A stretch of DNA of 64,000 nt from Polyangiaceae bacterium (lineage in GTDB: Bacteria; Myxococcota_A; Polyangia; Polyangiales; Polyangiaceae), in contig JBILLK010000014.1 in NCBI GenBank assembly GCA_044376115.1, forward strand, positions 32,001-96,000, written 5' to 3'. The translations under genes were made by a program, and so were the position numbers. The notes under the pieces were generated by a model. It was not told the DNA's origin, made no database searches, and was given only the letters and a program-made list of their open reading frames with translations. Below are positions 39,767-49,261 of this stretch, in pieces (position 1 is the stretch's first letter; every line of letters begins with the position of its first letter).

Positions 39767-39831
39767 CGTGAAGACGGAGCCACTTGCAGAGTCCGTCTCT
39801 CCCTTCCGACTCAGCCCGCGCTCGACCTTCT

Positions 39832-41364
39832 TCAAGAGGTGCGGCTGAGCATGCCGCGAGCGATTCGAGTAGCCAACGCCATGATGGTTAATTGGGGATT
39901 CACGCCCAAGCTCGTCGGAACGACACTCCCATCAGCGACGTAGAGCCCACGGGCTCCCCAGGTCTCACCCGAGGCTTGAACCACCGACGAGTCAGGAGAA
40001 ACGCCCATCCTTGCGCTACCCAACGGGTGCTGCGAGGAACACTCGAGCTTTAGGCCGGGCACGCGGGAAAAGTCCTTGGCCCGAAATGCGTCCGCGGTAA
40101 GGCCTGCTTGACCGAGAATCGGCGGAAACACTTCACGAGCGCCAGCTGCGAAGAAGGCTTCACCCATCTTGCGGATCATGTTCGGAATACGCTGCTTATC
40201 GGTCTCCGACATGGAGTACGTGAAGATCGGCTCGCGGCCTGGGCCGCGCCGAACCGCACCACCACCCTCGTCGTGAATCATCCCACCGAACACGGCGAGA
40301 TGCGGAATATCGGCCGCGCGGCGAACATGCTCGTTACCGAAGCCGGGCATGGTCGCGGCAAGCACGCCGGGCGGAACGAAGAGGCCCACCAACGTGATGC
40401 CCTCGTGCTCGAGCGAGCGGGAATAGGCGCTTTGTAGCGCGCCTCGCCAGCCATCGAGCCGCTCGTCGAACCGAGCGAACATACGGAAGGCAGGGTGCAA
40501 GGTCATGTTGCGACCAATTTGTCCCGAACGATCCCGGACGGAAGAGCGTGCGAGGATGAGCGGCGTGTGGGTGGCTCCTGCCGCGAGCACGACCCTCTTT
40601 GCTCGGACCTTCACGGTCTGCGCTCGTCGAAACGGACTTCGCTGGCGGTCTACGATCGTAGCGCTGACACCTTGCGCTCGCCCATCTTCGATCAGGACCT
40701 CATTGACCAGCACGTCCGAAAAGATGCGTGCGCCCGCCGCGACGGCGCGCGGGAGATAGGTGTAATCAACACTCAATTTGGCGCCATGAGGGCAACCGAA
40801 GTTACAGCGACCGCAACCATTGCAGCCGCGGGTGTTGCGTCGAAGTGGCTCGATTACGAGGCCAAGCTTCTCCGCACCTTGAATGAACTTCTTGGTTGAG
40901 AGGGAGCGCAATGAAGCCGGAACTTCCTCAACATGGATGGCGCGCTCCACTTCCTCGAAGTAAGGCGCAAGCTCCTCTGCGCCGAAGCCCTTGAGGCCCA
41001 GTCTCTGGGCCCAATCGTTCAGCACGTGCGCGGGCGTTCGGAAGCAAACCCCACCCGTGAGCATGGAAGACCCGCCGACAGCTCGTCCCATCGTCACGTT
41101 GATCGACGGCCCGCCGCCAAGCCCGACGGCGACGGTCATACCGCCATCACGCCACGCCTTGCGCAGATGCTGACTTGGACGCATCGATTCGATCTCGGCG
41201 GCCCGCAGGTGGGGCCCCTCCTCGAGAACGAGGACGTTGCGACCCGCCTCGGCCAGCAAACAGGCGACCACCGCGCCGCCTGCACCTGACCCTACGACCA
41301 CGTCATCGACATAGAGTTCGAGGGAGCGGCCGATTCCCGCCGCAGAAACAACGTCGAAGCTCAC
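39832..41364 (-). CDS. GMC-family FAD oxidoreductase
   Basis: VVGSGAGG, GRAVGGSS, CNGCGRCNFGC, GRNMTLHP, HPLGSARMG, GVNPQLTI. Confidence 0.92.
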   Translation of the reverse strand: MSFDVVSAAGIGRSLELYVDDVVVGSGAGGAVVACLLAEAGRNVLVLEEGPHLRAAEIESMRPSQHLRKAWRDGGMTVAVGLGGGPSINVTMGRAVGGSSMLTGGVCFRTPAHVLNDWAQRLGLKGFGAEELAPYFEEVERAIHVEEVPASLRSLSTKKFIQGAEKLGLVIEPLRRNTRGCNGCGRCNFGCPHGAKLSVDYTYLPRAVAAGARIFSDVLVNEVLIEDGRAQGVSATIVDRQRSPFRRAQTVKVRAKRVVLAAGATHTPLILARSSVRDRSGQIGRNMTLHPAFRMFARFDERLDGWRGALQSAYSRSLEHEGITLVGLFVPPGVLAATMPGFGNEHVRRAADIPHLAVFGGMIHDEGGGAVRRGPGREPIFTYSMSETDKQRIPNMIRKMGEAFFAAGAREVFPPILGQAGLTADAFRAKDFSRVPGLKLECSSQHPLGSARMGVSPDSSVVQASGETWGARGLYVADGSVVPTSLGVNPQLTIMALATRIARGMLSRTS

Positions 41365-41780
41365 GGTTTCACCTCGATCATGCAGCTCAGTTTCTCTTGC
41401 TCTGGCGTGATGATGCCGCTCTCACGAAGCACGTCCGGATGCTCGTAGTAGATGATGCTGAAGATGGCCTTGACCGCGAGCAGCGGCAAACCAGCTGGCG
41501 AGTGCTCGAGCTTAGTGAGCGCGACGATGCGTTCGTCGATGCTTAGCCTGGCTAGCGGGGGGGCGCGGCCAATCAACGGCGGCGCTCCCCACATGGCTAG
41601 CGTAAGCCCCAGCCGCAACACCAGCTCGCTGCGGAGACCCGCGTGCGCAACGAAGTCGACTAGTTCATCGAGCAGGTACCGGATTCTATCCGGTGGCGGG
41701 GGCCCCTCGTTCGTAGCGTAAAGGGCCTCAGCAAAAGCTCGTGCAGCCGGCAACCAGTCTGGGGAGCGCGAAGGAGACAT
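41361..41780 (-). CDS. Small partner of the GMC oxidoreductase (gluconate 2-dehydrogenase subunit 3-like)
   Basis: Real start MSPSRS lies inside a longer shadow ORF; LARLSIDERI...KAIFSIIYYEHP; GTGA overlap with the GMC gene. Confidence 0.65.
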   Translation of the reverse strand: MSPSRSPDWLPAARAFAEALYATNEGPPPPDRIRYLLDELVDFVAHAGLRSELVLRLGLTLAMWGAPPLIGRAPPLARLSIDERIVALTKLEHSPAGLPLLAVKAIFSIIYYEHPDVLRESGIITPEQEKLSCMIEVKP

Positions 41781-41864
41781 CGCCGCTGACGCTACTCTGT
41801 GGGGAACTCCGTCGCGACAACGAAACTCTCGAAGGCGAAGGCAAACTATGGGAAACTGCCGGCC

Positions 41865-42587
41865 ATGCCGCGTACGGAGTTCAGGCGACGACTCGGGCTG
41901 GGCTTCATCACCCTCACGATCTGCGCCTGCGCGCCGGATTGGGAGGGCGTGTTCGGCGGGAGCTCGGAGGGCGGCGCTGGGGAAGGCGGCGCGACCAACG
42001 CAACAACCTCCAGCAACAGCTCTTCGTCGACCTCGTCGATGGGTGGAACGTCGACCAACTCGAGTTCGACCACTGAGACAGCCTCGAGTGTAGGCGGGCA
42101 GACGAATTCGAGCGTAACCACTGACCAGGCGGCGACGACCTCCACCTCGGAGACCGTGGCGACGTCGACCACGAGCAGCCCCGACGTGACTGCGACCACC
42201 AGCGGTGACCCGCCCGGTCCAAGCGTGGATTGCGGCGGCATTGCGTGTGACGTGAGCATGGGTGGAAGCTGCTGTTTCGACCTCAAGGATGAACAGGTCC
42301 AGTGCTCGCCCAACGACAACTGCAGCGGAAACGAGGTGGTGCTGACCTGCGACCAGCCGGCCGACTGCCCAGATGGGACCGTCTGCTGTGCCCTGCGGGA
42401 CTTTGGGCAGCAAGCCTATGACGCAACTGCCTGCGTGCAGGAATGTTACGATCCAAGCCGAGTCCTTTGCGACCCGAACGGTCCGCCATGTGATCCTTTC
42501 GAGATCGCCGGCTTCGTGATTCAACCCGTCTGCAAGCAAAGCGCCTTGTTGCCCGATGGGTACTTCATTTGCAGCGCGTCGAACTGA
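41865..42587 (+). CDS. Lipoprotein with Ser/Thr linker and Cys-rich domain
   Basis: Signal ending ICAC, S/T-rich stalk, CDQPADCPDGTVCC. Confidence 0.75.
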   Translation: MPRTEFRRRLGLGFITLTICACAPDWEGVFGGSSEGGAGEGGATNATTSSNSSSSTSSMGGTSTNSSSTTETASSVGGQTNSSVTTDQAATTSTSETVATSTTSSPDVTATTSGDPPGPSVDCGGIACDVSMGGSCCFDLKDEQVQCSPNDNCSGNEVVLTCDQPADCPDGTVCCALRDFGQQAYDATACVQECYDPSRVLCDPNGPPCDPFEIAGFVIQPVCKQSALLPDGYFICSASN

Positions 42588-42764
42588 CAGGCCCCACGGA
42601 AGGCGGCAACTGGAGCTGCTCCCGCTCGGAAGATTGACACCCAACTAACCGCTGAATACGGTGCAGCGGCTGTGCCGTGGGGTCCGCGGGGGCATCCCGA
42701 GACCGACCGCCAGCGCCAGTCGTCCACTCAAAAGGCTCTTGCCCGTCTATCGGGAGGAAAAGAA

Positions 42765-44552
42765 ATGCTCCGCAAGGACCGCCGGTTTGCCCCGCTCGCC
42801 CGTTCGCTCATGTTGGGCCTGGTGATTTCGTCCACAACGCTGGGATCGGCGATGACGCTTGCGGGCTGCCGCGACGAAGACGATCCCATGACGCACGCCG
42901 AAGATCTGGCCGATCCCAATCGGCAGGCGATGGCCATCAAGCGCTTGGACCAGTTCTACCAAGACGCAATGGCCAAGGATAAGAAGGACCGCAACGGTCC
43001 CAACGTGAAGCCGTTGCTCGAGAAGATCGTCGAGCCGCTCACCAAGGTCTGCCTGGATGAGAAGGTGAAGGATCGGACGCGAGCCCAGCTCGTTAAGCTC
43101 CTCGCCGACATGCGTCACCCGAAGGCTGACGCTTGCCTCAAGAAGACGCTCGACGACTTCAAGCCGGACACCAATGAAGACGATGTCGTCAACGTCGTTC
43201 GCGCTGTCACCGCGATGAACAACAAGACGCTGGCCAATGAGGTCATCCGCGTCTACCAAACCATGGAGTTCTCGCGGCCCAAGGCAAAGTTGATCGCGAA
43301 GGAAGTGACAACGGCCGTGCTCGCGCTCGCCGACAAGAGCCACCAGGACCTCTTCATCAAGGCCCTCGAGAAGCCCTTTGATCCGGCCAACCAGCAGGCA
43401 ATGCAGAACGAAGCTTTTTGGCAGACTGTCGCTGCTCGAGCTCTCGGTGAGCTCAAGAGCGAGAAGGCAGCCAAGCCCTTGCTCCAGATCGTGATCAACC
43501 CCTCCAAGGGGCCCATCGCCTCAACCGCTTTGGTCGCCATGGTGAAGATCGGGAAGGCGAGCATCGCGCCCGCAGAGGCCCTGCTGAATGGGTCCGACGC
43601 CGAGATGGTGAAGTTCTCGATCGCTGAACAGCTCAAGGGCGCCCAGAAGGACACCAACGGCAAGATCGCTGAGTCCGCAACCAAGGCCGCTGAGAAGGCA
43701 CACATCTCCACCGCAGCCCAGGTGCTCGGAGCGCTCGGCTCCGAGGGCTCGATCAAGCCATTGCTTTCGGCTCAGGAGAAAGCCGGTGAGGACGCAAGCA
43801 CGAAGGTGATCATCGCGCTCGTGCTTTCGCTGCTGCCGCGCAACGAGGAGGCCCTGAACGCCTTCAAGAAGACGTACGAAGAGTCCAAGCTGGATCTCGA
43901 TACGGTGGCCGGCCCTGCCCGTGAAATCCTCGCGGAACGCGCCAGTGACTTCTTCGATGCCAGCATCGCCAGCTGGCTCGTCAAGAACTCGGCGGAGCTC
44001 AAGGGCGAGGCTGCCGAGCTCGACCCGATCCGCAGCATTGCGCTCGTCTCCGCCACCAAGGTGATGAAGGCTGATCAGGTCGCCGAGGTGCAGACGCTGT
44101 TTGACACCAAGGCCTTCATTGAGGAGGAGGGCGGCAAGAAGAAGGAGACGCAGATCGGCAAGGCGTTCGAGAAGGAGTTCAAGCAGGCGAAGGACCTGGT
44201 GAACAACTGCAAAGAGAACGTCGATTGCTACTTCTCCGCACTGACGCTCGATGAGAACCAGGGCAAAGACAAGCAGTTTACCGCTATCAAGGCGGCATAC
44301 ATGATCGGCGTGCTTGGGAAGGATGCCGACCGGGCCAAGCTCGTGGACGCGCTGCCCAAGCTCTCGAACGACCTCGTGCGCGGAACCGCGCTCAAGGCTC
44401 TCGAGGCGATCACCCCGAAGGGTGATGCGGCGATCGCTGACAAGCTCAACGCCCTGTTCGACAAGGCCGAAGAGGCCAAGGACGACAAGCTCATGGGCGA
44501 CTACAAGATGTGCGTCGAGACGGCAGCGCGACTGCGGTCGCGGGCTCAATAG
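42765..44552 (+). CDS. HEAT-repeat lipoprotein
   Basis: SD GGAGG, lipobox LAGC, helical repeats (AARALGEL, AAQVLGAL), strong G/C third-position codon bias. Confidence 0.8.
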   Translation: MLRKDRRFAPLARSLMLGLVISSTTLGSAMTLAGCRDEDDPMTHAEDLADPNRQAMAIKRLDQFYQDAMAKDKKDRNGPNVKPLLEKIVEPLTKVCLDEKVKDRTRAQLVKLLADMRHPKADACLKKTLDDFKPDTNEDDVVNVVRAVTAMNNKTLANEVIRVYQTMEFSRPKAKLIAKEVTTAVLALADKSHQDLFIKALEKPFDPANQQAMQNEAFWQTVAARALGELKSEKAAKPLLQIVINPSKGPIASTALVAMVKIGKASIAPAEALLNGSDAEMVKFSIAEQLKGAQKDTNGKIAESATKAAEKAHISTAAQVLGALGSEGSIKPLLSAQEKAGEDASTKVIIALVLSLLPRNEEALNAFKKTYEESKLDLDTVAGPAREILAERASDFFDASIASWLVKNSAELKGEAAELDPIRSIALVSATKVMKADQVAEVQTLFDTKAFIEEEGGKKKETQIGKAFEKEFKQAKDLVNNCKENVDCYFSALTLDENQGKDKQFTAIKAAYMIGVLGKDADRAKLVDALPKLSNDLVRGTALKALEAITPKGDAAIADKLNALFDKAEEAKDDKLMGDYKMCVETAARLRSRAQ

Positions 44553-44560
44553 CCCTGTCG

Positions 44561-46513
44561 ATGGGCTTCGAGCTCGCACTTTCGGTGGAGGTCGTGCAAG
44601 GCTTGGCAGCCGGCACGGCCTTCGAGCTTCGTGGCCCTCGCGTCTCGATTGGGCGGCATCCCGAGAACGATGTGGCGCTTGAAGAAGCGCATGTCTCGGG
44701 CGTGCACTGCCTCATTGTTCGGGAGGGAGACCGGGTGCTCCTGGTCGACAACAACTCGACCAATGGAACCACGCTGGCCCGCGGGGATCGGCGAATCCGA
44801 CTGAGTGCGGAGATGCCGTCGACCGACCTCGAGGCTGGTGACCAGATCGAGCTCGGGACGGGAGACGCCGTAACGACGCTGCTCGTAACCCTGTTGGATG
44901 AAGGGGACGAGCGACAGGTCCTGTCGATGACCCATCTCGACGCGCTGCCGAACGTGCGCGTGCGAGAGGCCGACCCGAACGTTCTGACCAAGCTGTATGC
45001 CGCCCAAAAGCGAATCGGGGCTGCACAAGGGCTGGAGAACGTGCTGATCGAGGTGGCAGACAGCGCACTTGAGTTGGTGCCCGCAGCAACCCACCTCACC
45101 CTCATCCTGCGCGACGATGACCTTGGTCGAGGGGACACCACAACCTTCGTCCCCGTGCTCACCCGGGTGCGATCGCCTGGCGGTGCCCCTGTGCACCCTG
45201 TTGGTAGCGTGCCAGTAGCGCGGAGCATCTATCGGAAGGTGGTCAAAGAACGGGCCGCCGTGCTCGCCGCCGACGCGCCCTCCGAAGCCTTCGCGAGCGA
45301 ATCAATGATGGGCGCGTCGATCCGCAGCACCATTGGTGTCCCGCTGTGGCGCGGCGACGAAGTGGTTGGCGTGCTGCAGGCGGATAACCGCAACGCGCCA
45401 GGAATGCTCAGCACCAATGACGTTGAGCTCTTGCTGCTGCTCGCATCCAACGCGTCGCTTGCCGTATCGAGCGCGCGATTGATCAAGCGGCTCTCGACGA
45501 TTGAGGTTCAGCTCAAGAAGGAGAACAGCTTCCTGAAGGGCCGTGAAGAGAAGCGCCGAGGCGGGGGCCGGGAGACCACCATCATCGGCACGAGTGAGGC
45601 CATGATGGCGCTCAACCGACACCTCGAGAAGGTCGTCGATACTCGAGTCACGGTGTTGGTCGAAGGCGAAACAGGCACCGGAAAAGAGTTGATAGCTGCG
45701 GCCGTGCACTACCGTTCGCGTCGGCGGGATAAGCTGTTCGTCGCTCAAAACTGTGCCGCGATCGCTGAGAGCCTGCTCGAGAGTGAACTCTTTGGGCACA
45801 AGAAGGGCGCATTCACTGGGGCAGTCGACGAGAAGAAGGGCCTGTTTGAGATCGCCGATGGCGGCACGCTCTTCCTTGATGAGGTCAACTCAACCAGCCT
45901 TTCGCTGCAATCGAAGTTGCTGCGCGCGCTGCAAGAGGGGGAGATCCGGCCCGTTGGTGGCACCGTCTCCAAGCACGTCGATGTTCGCATCGTGGCTGCG
46001 ACCAACCGCAACCTCGAGGAGCTGGTGGAGAAGGGCCTATTTCGGGAGGACCTTTATTACCGACTCAAGGTTTTTCCTTTGCGCTTGCCTCCGCTGCGCG
46101 AACGGCGAGACGACATTTCGCTGCTCGCGACCCACTTCCTCGCACGCTACTCGCAAGAGATTGGTAAGCCCGCCGGTGGTTTCTCCCAGCAGGCGCTCGA
46201 GCTGCTCACGAGCTATGAGTGGCCGGGTAACGTTCGCGAGTTACAGAACGAGATCCAGCGCATCGTGATCCAACTCGATGAGGGAGCCTTCGTAACGCCG
46301 GAGCTCCTGTCCCCACAAATCAAGAAGGCTCTCGGAGTCGTTGCAAAGGCCAGCGTCGCCAAGGGGACGCTGCGCGAGATGATGGACTCAGTGGAGAAGT
46401 ACCTGTTGCTCGAGACGCTACGCGAGCATGGGCAGAACAAGACCTCCGCAGCGAAGGGCCTTGGGATCACGCGCGAGGGCCTGCACAAGAAGCTACGTCA
46501 GCACGGCATGTGA
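44561..46513 (+). CDS. FHA-GAF-AAA+-Fis sigma54 activator
   Basis: FHA (IGRH...VSGVH...STNGT), [28 protein letters not shown]. Confidence 0.93.
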   Translation: MGFELALSVEVVQGLAAGTAFELRGPRVSIGRHPENDVALEEAHVSGVHCLIVREGDRVLLVDNNSTNGTTLARGDRRIRLSAEMPSTDLEAGDQIELGTGDAVTTLLVTLLDEGDERQVLSMTHLDALPNVRVREADPNVLTKLYAAQKRIGAAQGLENVLIEVADSALELVPAATHLTLILRDDDLGRGDTTTFVPVLTRVRSPGGAPVHPVGSVPVARSIYRKVVKERAAVLAADAPSEAFASESMMGASIRSTIGVPLWRGDEVVGVLQADNRNAPGMLSTNDVELLLLLASNASLAVSSARLIKRLSTIEVQLKKENSFLKGREEKRRGGGRETTIIGTSEAMMALNRHLEKVVDTRVTVLVEGETGTGKELIAAAVHYRSRRRDKLFVAQNCAAIAESLLESELFGHKKGAFTGAVDEKKGLFEIADGGTLFLDEVNSTSLSLQSKLLRALQEGEIRPVGGTVSKHVDVRIVAATNRNLEELVEKGLFREDLYYRLKVFPLRLPPLRERRDDISLLATHFLARYSQEIGKPAGGFSQQALELLTSYEWPGNVRELQNEIQRIVIQLDEGAFVTPELLSPQIKKALGVVAKASVAKGTLREMMDSVEKYLLLETLREHGQNKTSAAKGLGITREGLHKKLRQHGM

Positions 46514-46651
46514 CTCGGCCCAACGCGGCTCCCAAAAGTCGAGTGCTCACTCGCACCAATCCCTAACAACGGAGCTGGCGGGCGCCACGCCCCATTCGCC
46601 GGCCGCGCAACATCCGCTCAAGAAAACACCAGGATTTTGGCTGTTTAAGCT

Positions 46652-46667
46652 TGGCACGCGCATCGCA
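46652..46667 (+). promoter_or_regulatory. Sigma54 (-24/-12) promoter of comEA
   Basis: TGGCACG-CGCA-TCGCA with exact GG-N10-GC spacing, 12 nt before ATG 46680. Confidence 0.7.
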
Positions 46668-46679
46668 ATCTGCGGGCGC

Positions 46680-47252
46680 ATGAACCACAACGAACGCCCT
46701 CATCGATTGGTTGCCCTTTGGCAAAACGTTGCAAGCACCGCGTGGGCACCGCTCCTCGCCAAGGCCGTAGGCGCATGCTTCATCCTAGGTCTGCTGGCCG
46801 TCCTCGGGTCGGGATTGGGGGACCGCGTCTTCTCGGCAACGCCGGCTCAAGCCAAAGCCGATCCGCGGGCGACCGCGGATAGCCGTTCCGCTCGTGCGAC
46901 CACAATGCTGGGAACGGAGCCGGGATCTTCCGCAGCAATGCTGCAGGCCAGCGCGTCCGCAGCAGTGCTGCAGGCCAGCGCGTCCGCAGCGCCGCCTCTA
47001 TCGGCGCTCCTACCGGATGGCCGCATCGTCTTGAACCTCGCCGATGCTGAGCAACTCGACAAGCTACCGGGCGTAGGCCGCAAGAAAGCTGAAGCCATCG
47101 TCGCCCTGCGAACCAAGCTCGGACGCTTTCGCAAGTTGGAAGAGTTAGCCCGGGTCAGAGGAATCAAACGTAGGTTCATTGAACGCATTCGCCCACTGGT
47201 AGTGCTCGATGCTCCAACAACGCCGCCCCAAAGCGCTGCATCGCCCCCTTGA
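46680..47252 (+). CDS. comEA: ComEA-family helix-hairpin-helix DNA-binding protein
   Basis: N-terminal TM; VLNLADAEQLDKLPGVGRKKAEAIV..R...GRFRKLEELARVRGI. Confidence 0.88.
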   Translation: MNHNERPHRLVALWQNVASTAWAPLLAKAVGACFILGLLAVLGSGLGDRVFSATPAQAKADPRATADSRSARATTMLGTEPGSSAAMLQASASAAVLQASASAAPPLSALLPDGRIVLNLADAEQLDKLPGVGRKKAEAIVALRTKLGRFRKLEELARVRGIKRRFIERIRPLVVLDAPTTPPQSAASPP

Positions 47253-47284
47253 GATCCATCGAGACGGCGGGGTAGCTTGCGCGA

Positions 47285-49201
47285 ATGTCAAAATGCTGGG
47301 GCTTGAGTTTAGTGACGCTGCTTGCCTGTTTGGGCAGTACGAGCGTGTACGCCGACGAGGAAGCAGACGATGCTAAGCCTGTTGAGAGCGCCAAGCCTGC
47401 CGACGACGCCAAGCCTGCTGACGACGCCAAGCCTGCTGACGACGCCAAGCCTGCTGACGACGCCAAGCCCGCTGACGACGCCAAGCCTGCTGACGACGCC
47501 AAGCCCGCTGACGACGCCAAGCCCGCTGACGACGCCAAGCCCGCTGACGACGTTCCTAACGAGGATGGGCTTGTCGTAGGTGAGGAGAAGCCTGGCACGG
47601 ACGAGTACGACATCGAAGATGCGAAAGCTGCCGGATACGAGGTTGGAGAGCCCTCAAAAGACCCAGCCGACGGATTGGGCGTTGACGGGAAGGACTACGA
47701 GCTTCCGGCATCAACGTTCGAGGGCATGGAGGGGCTCGATGCCGCGGATATGGAGGCACTGACCGAGGTCACGCCTGCAGAGCTCGGCGAGCTCGACATG
47801 GACCGCGACATGGGCGAAGCCGCCGAGGCGCAGTTCGACAAGCAGGCGGAAGCACTCGAGGGCCTCGATCCCGACGACATGGCCAAGATTGCCGCCATGT
47901 ACATGCCTGTGCTTCGCAAGAAGCTCGCGGAGGTCAAGGAGAAGACCCACGACAAGACCGTTGAAAAGGCGAGCGCAAAACAGGCCGCTAAACTCAATGT
48001 GATTGCCAAGATTCTCGCCGGACTCAGCCTTTCTGGCCTGCTCCTATTGCTGCTACCGCTCATTCGCGGGAAGAAGTATCCCGGCCAGATGGGCAAGCTA
48101 TTCGCCTATTCGGCGTTGGCTGGAGCGGCCCTCACGGTCTCCATTTTGCTCCTTACGGGAGTCATGGTTGCGACCCGTACGGTGCAGGCCTCGATGGCGT
48201 CACTCACAAACCCGCAGGTGATCATTCAAGACGCAACGTTTGACGCAATCGATGAGCAGCTTGAGGAAGTGTCAGCTACCCCTGGACTGCTCCTGGTTCC
48301 GCTTCAAGACGTTGGCAACGGCAAAGAAGAGGACCTCGGCGTTGCCATCCTCAACAATGCGTCCAAGTTCAAAGAAGACGTCGATGTCTTCAAGAAGGTT
48401 GGGGACTTCTTCAAGAGCATCAGCGGCGCGCTTAGTTATGTTCCCGTGATCCTTACTGGTCTAGCGGTGGTGCTCTTCTTGGTGAGCATCAAGGACCTGG
48501 TCAAAGCGATTTTGGCCATACCCGAGCGAGCGATGCGAGGTGAGATTGCAGCCAAAGACGTGTTTGGCCTGGTCTTCAAGCGAGTAACCGCGGAGATGAT
48601 CGCCACGCTAATCACGCTGGCGGCGTTCTTCGTCATCACACTGATTACGAGCGTCTCGCTCGGCTACGTCGCCGTGCCGACGATGGGTGTGTTCATTCAA
48701 CAGCTATTGTCGACGCTGCAATACGTCTTCATTGAGAAGGACGCCTCGAAGGGGATCATCTACTTCGCGCTGGTTGGGGTCCTTGGCTTCCTCATTATCG
48801 CAATTGGCCTAACCATCGCCTCCGGCATTCTCTATCTCGGCAAGTTGCAGAAGATCATGCGCAACCGCTTCATCGACGGCGCACCGTTGGGCCAGCACAA
48901 GGCCTTCTTCGGTTGGCGTTCACTCGCTGTCGTTTGGTGCATCGCGCTGCCCACACTAACGATGGTTATCGTGGCCTTCGTTGCCGACAAGCTCGAAGAC
49001 ATCGCCACCAAGGGGAAGGAGTGGAACTGGAATCTGGCGCTGCTGCCTGCGCCTGCGCTTCTGATCGGCGGCTTCCTGATCGTCTTTGTACTGGGTATGG
49101 GCCTCAAGGCGCTGCTCAGCATCGTGAAGTACAAGGTTGAGGGCTCCACGTCAGACATGGCTGTGGCACAGCTTGCAGCGGCCGCTCCGGTCGGCCGCTA
49201 A
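47285..49201 (+). CDS. Unknown polytopic membrane protein with acidic repeat N-terminus
   Basis: Signal peptide, (AKPADD)9, acidic region, about 7-8 TM segments. Confidence 0.8.
   Translation: MSKCWGLSLVTLLACLGSTSVYADEEADDAKPVESAKPADDAKPADDAKPADDAKPADDAKPADDAKPADDAKPADDAKPADDAKPADDVPNEDGLVVGEEKPGTDEYDIEDAKAAGYEVGEPSKDPADGLGVDGKDYELPASTFEGMEGLDAADMEALTEVTPAELGELDMDRDMGEAAEAQFDKQAEALEGLDPDDMAKIAAMYMPVLRKKLAEVKEKTHDKTVEKASAKQAAKLNVIAKILAGLSLSGLLLLLLPLIRGKKYPGQMGKLFAYSALAGAALTVSILLLTGVMVATRTVQASMASLTNPQVIIQDATFDAIDEQLEEVSATPGLLLVPLQDVGNGKEEDLGVAILNNASKFKEDVDVFKKVGDFFKSISGALSYVPVILTGLAVVLFLVSIKDLVKAILAIPERAMRGEIAAKDVFGLVFKRVTAEMIATLITLAAFFVITLITSVSLGYVAVPTMGVFIQQLLSTLQYVFIEKDASKGIIYFALVGVLGFLIIAIGLTIASGILYLGKLQKIMRNRFIDGAPLGQHKAFFGWRSLAVVWCIALPTLTMVIVAFVADKLEDIATKGKEWNWNLALLPAPALLIGGFLIVFVLGMGLKALLSIVKYKVEGSTSDMAVAQLAAAAPVGR
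47390..47551 (+). repeat. 18-bp coding tandem repeat x9 (AKPADD)
   Basis: GCCAAGCCYGCYGACGAC units starting at 47390 with an 18-nt period; one degenerate unit upstream. Confidence 0.95.
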
Positions 49202-49261
49202 ATCAGGAACAGACGGATCAGCAACAGACGGAAGTGGGTCGCGTGTGGGATAATCCGCGTC

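Noticed and set aside
41781..42644. N-terminal extension of the 427-aa minus-strand ORF
   Set aside because: It is the antisense shadow of the 41865-42587 lipoprotein; only 41361-41780 looks protein-like.
43521..44579. 352-aa antisense ORF and similar long shadow ORFs
   Set aside because: Expected opposite strongly codon-biased GC-rich genes; no recognisable motifs.
47390..47551. Tandem repeat as a CRISPR array
   Set aside because: Head-to-tail 18-bp units with no spacers, in frame within a CDS, and no cas genes.
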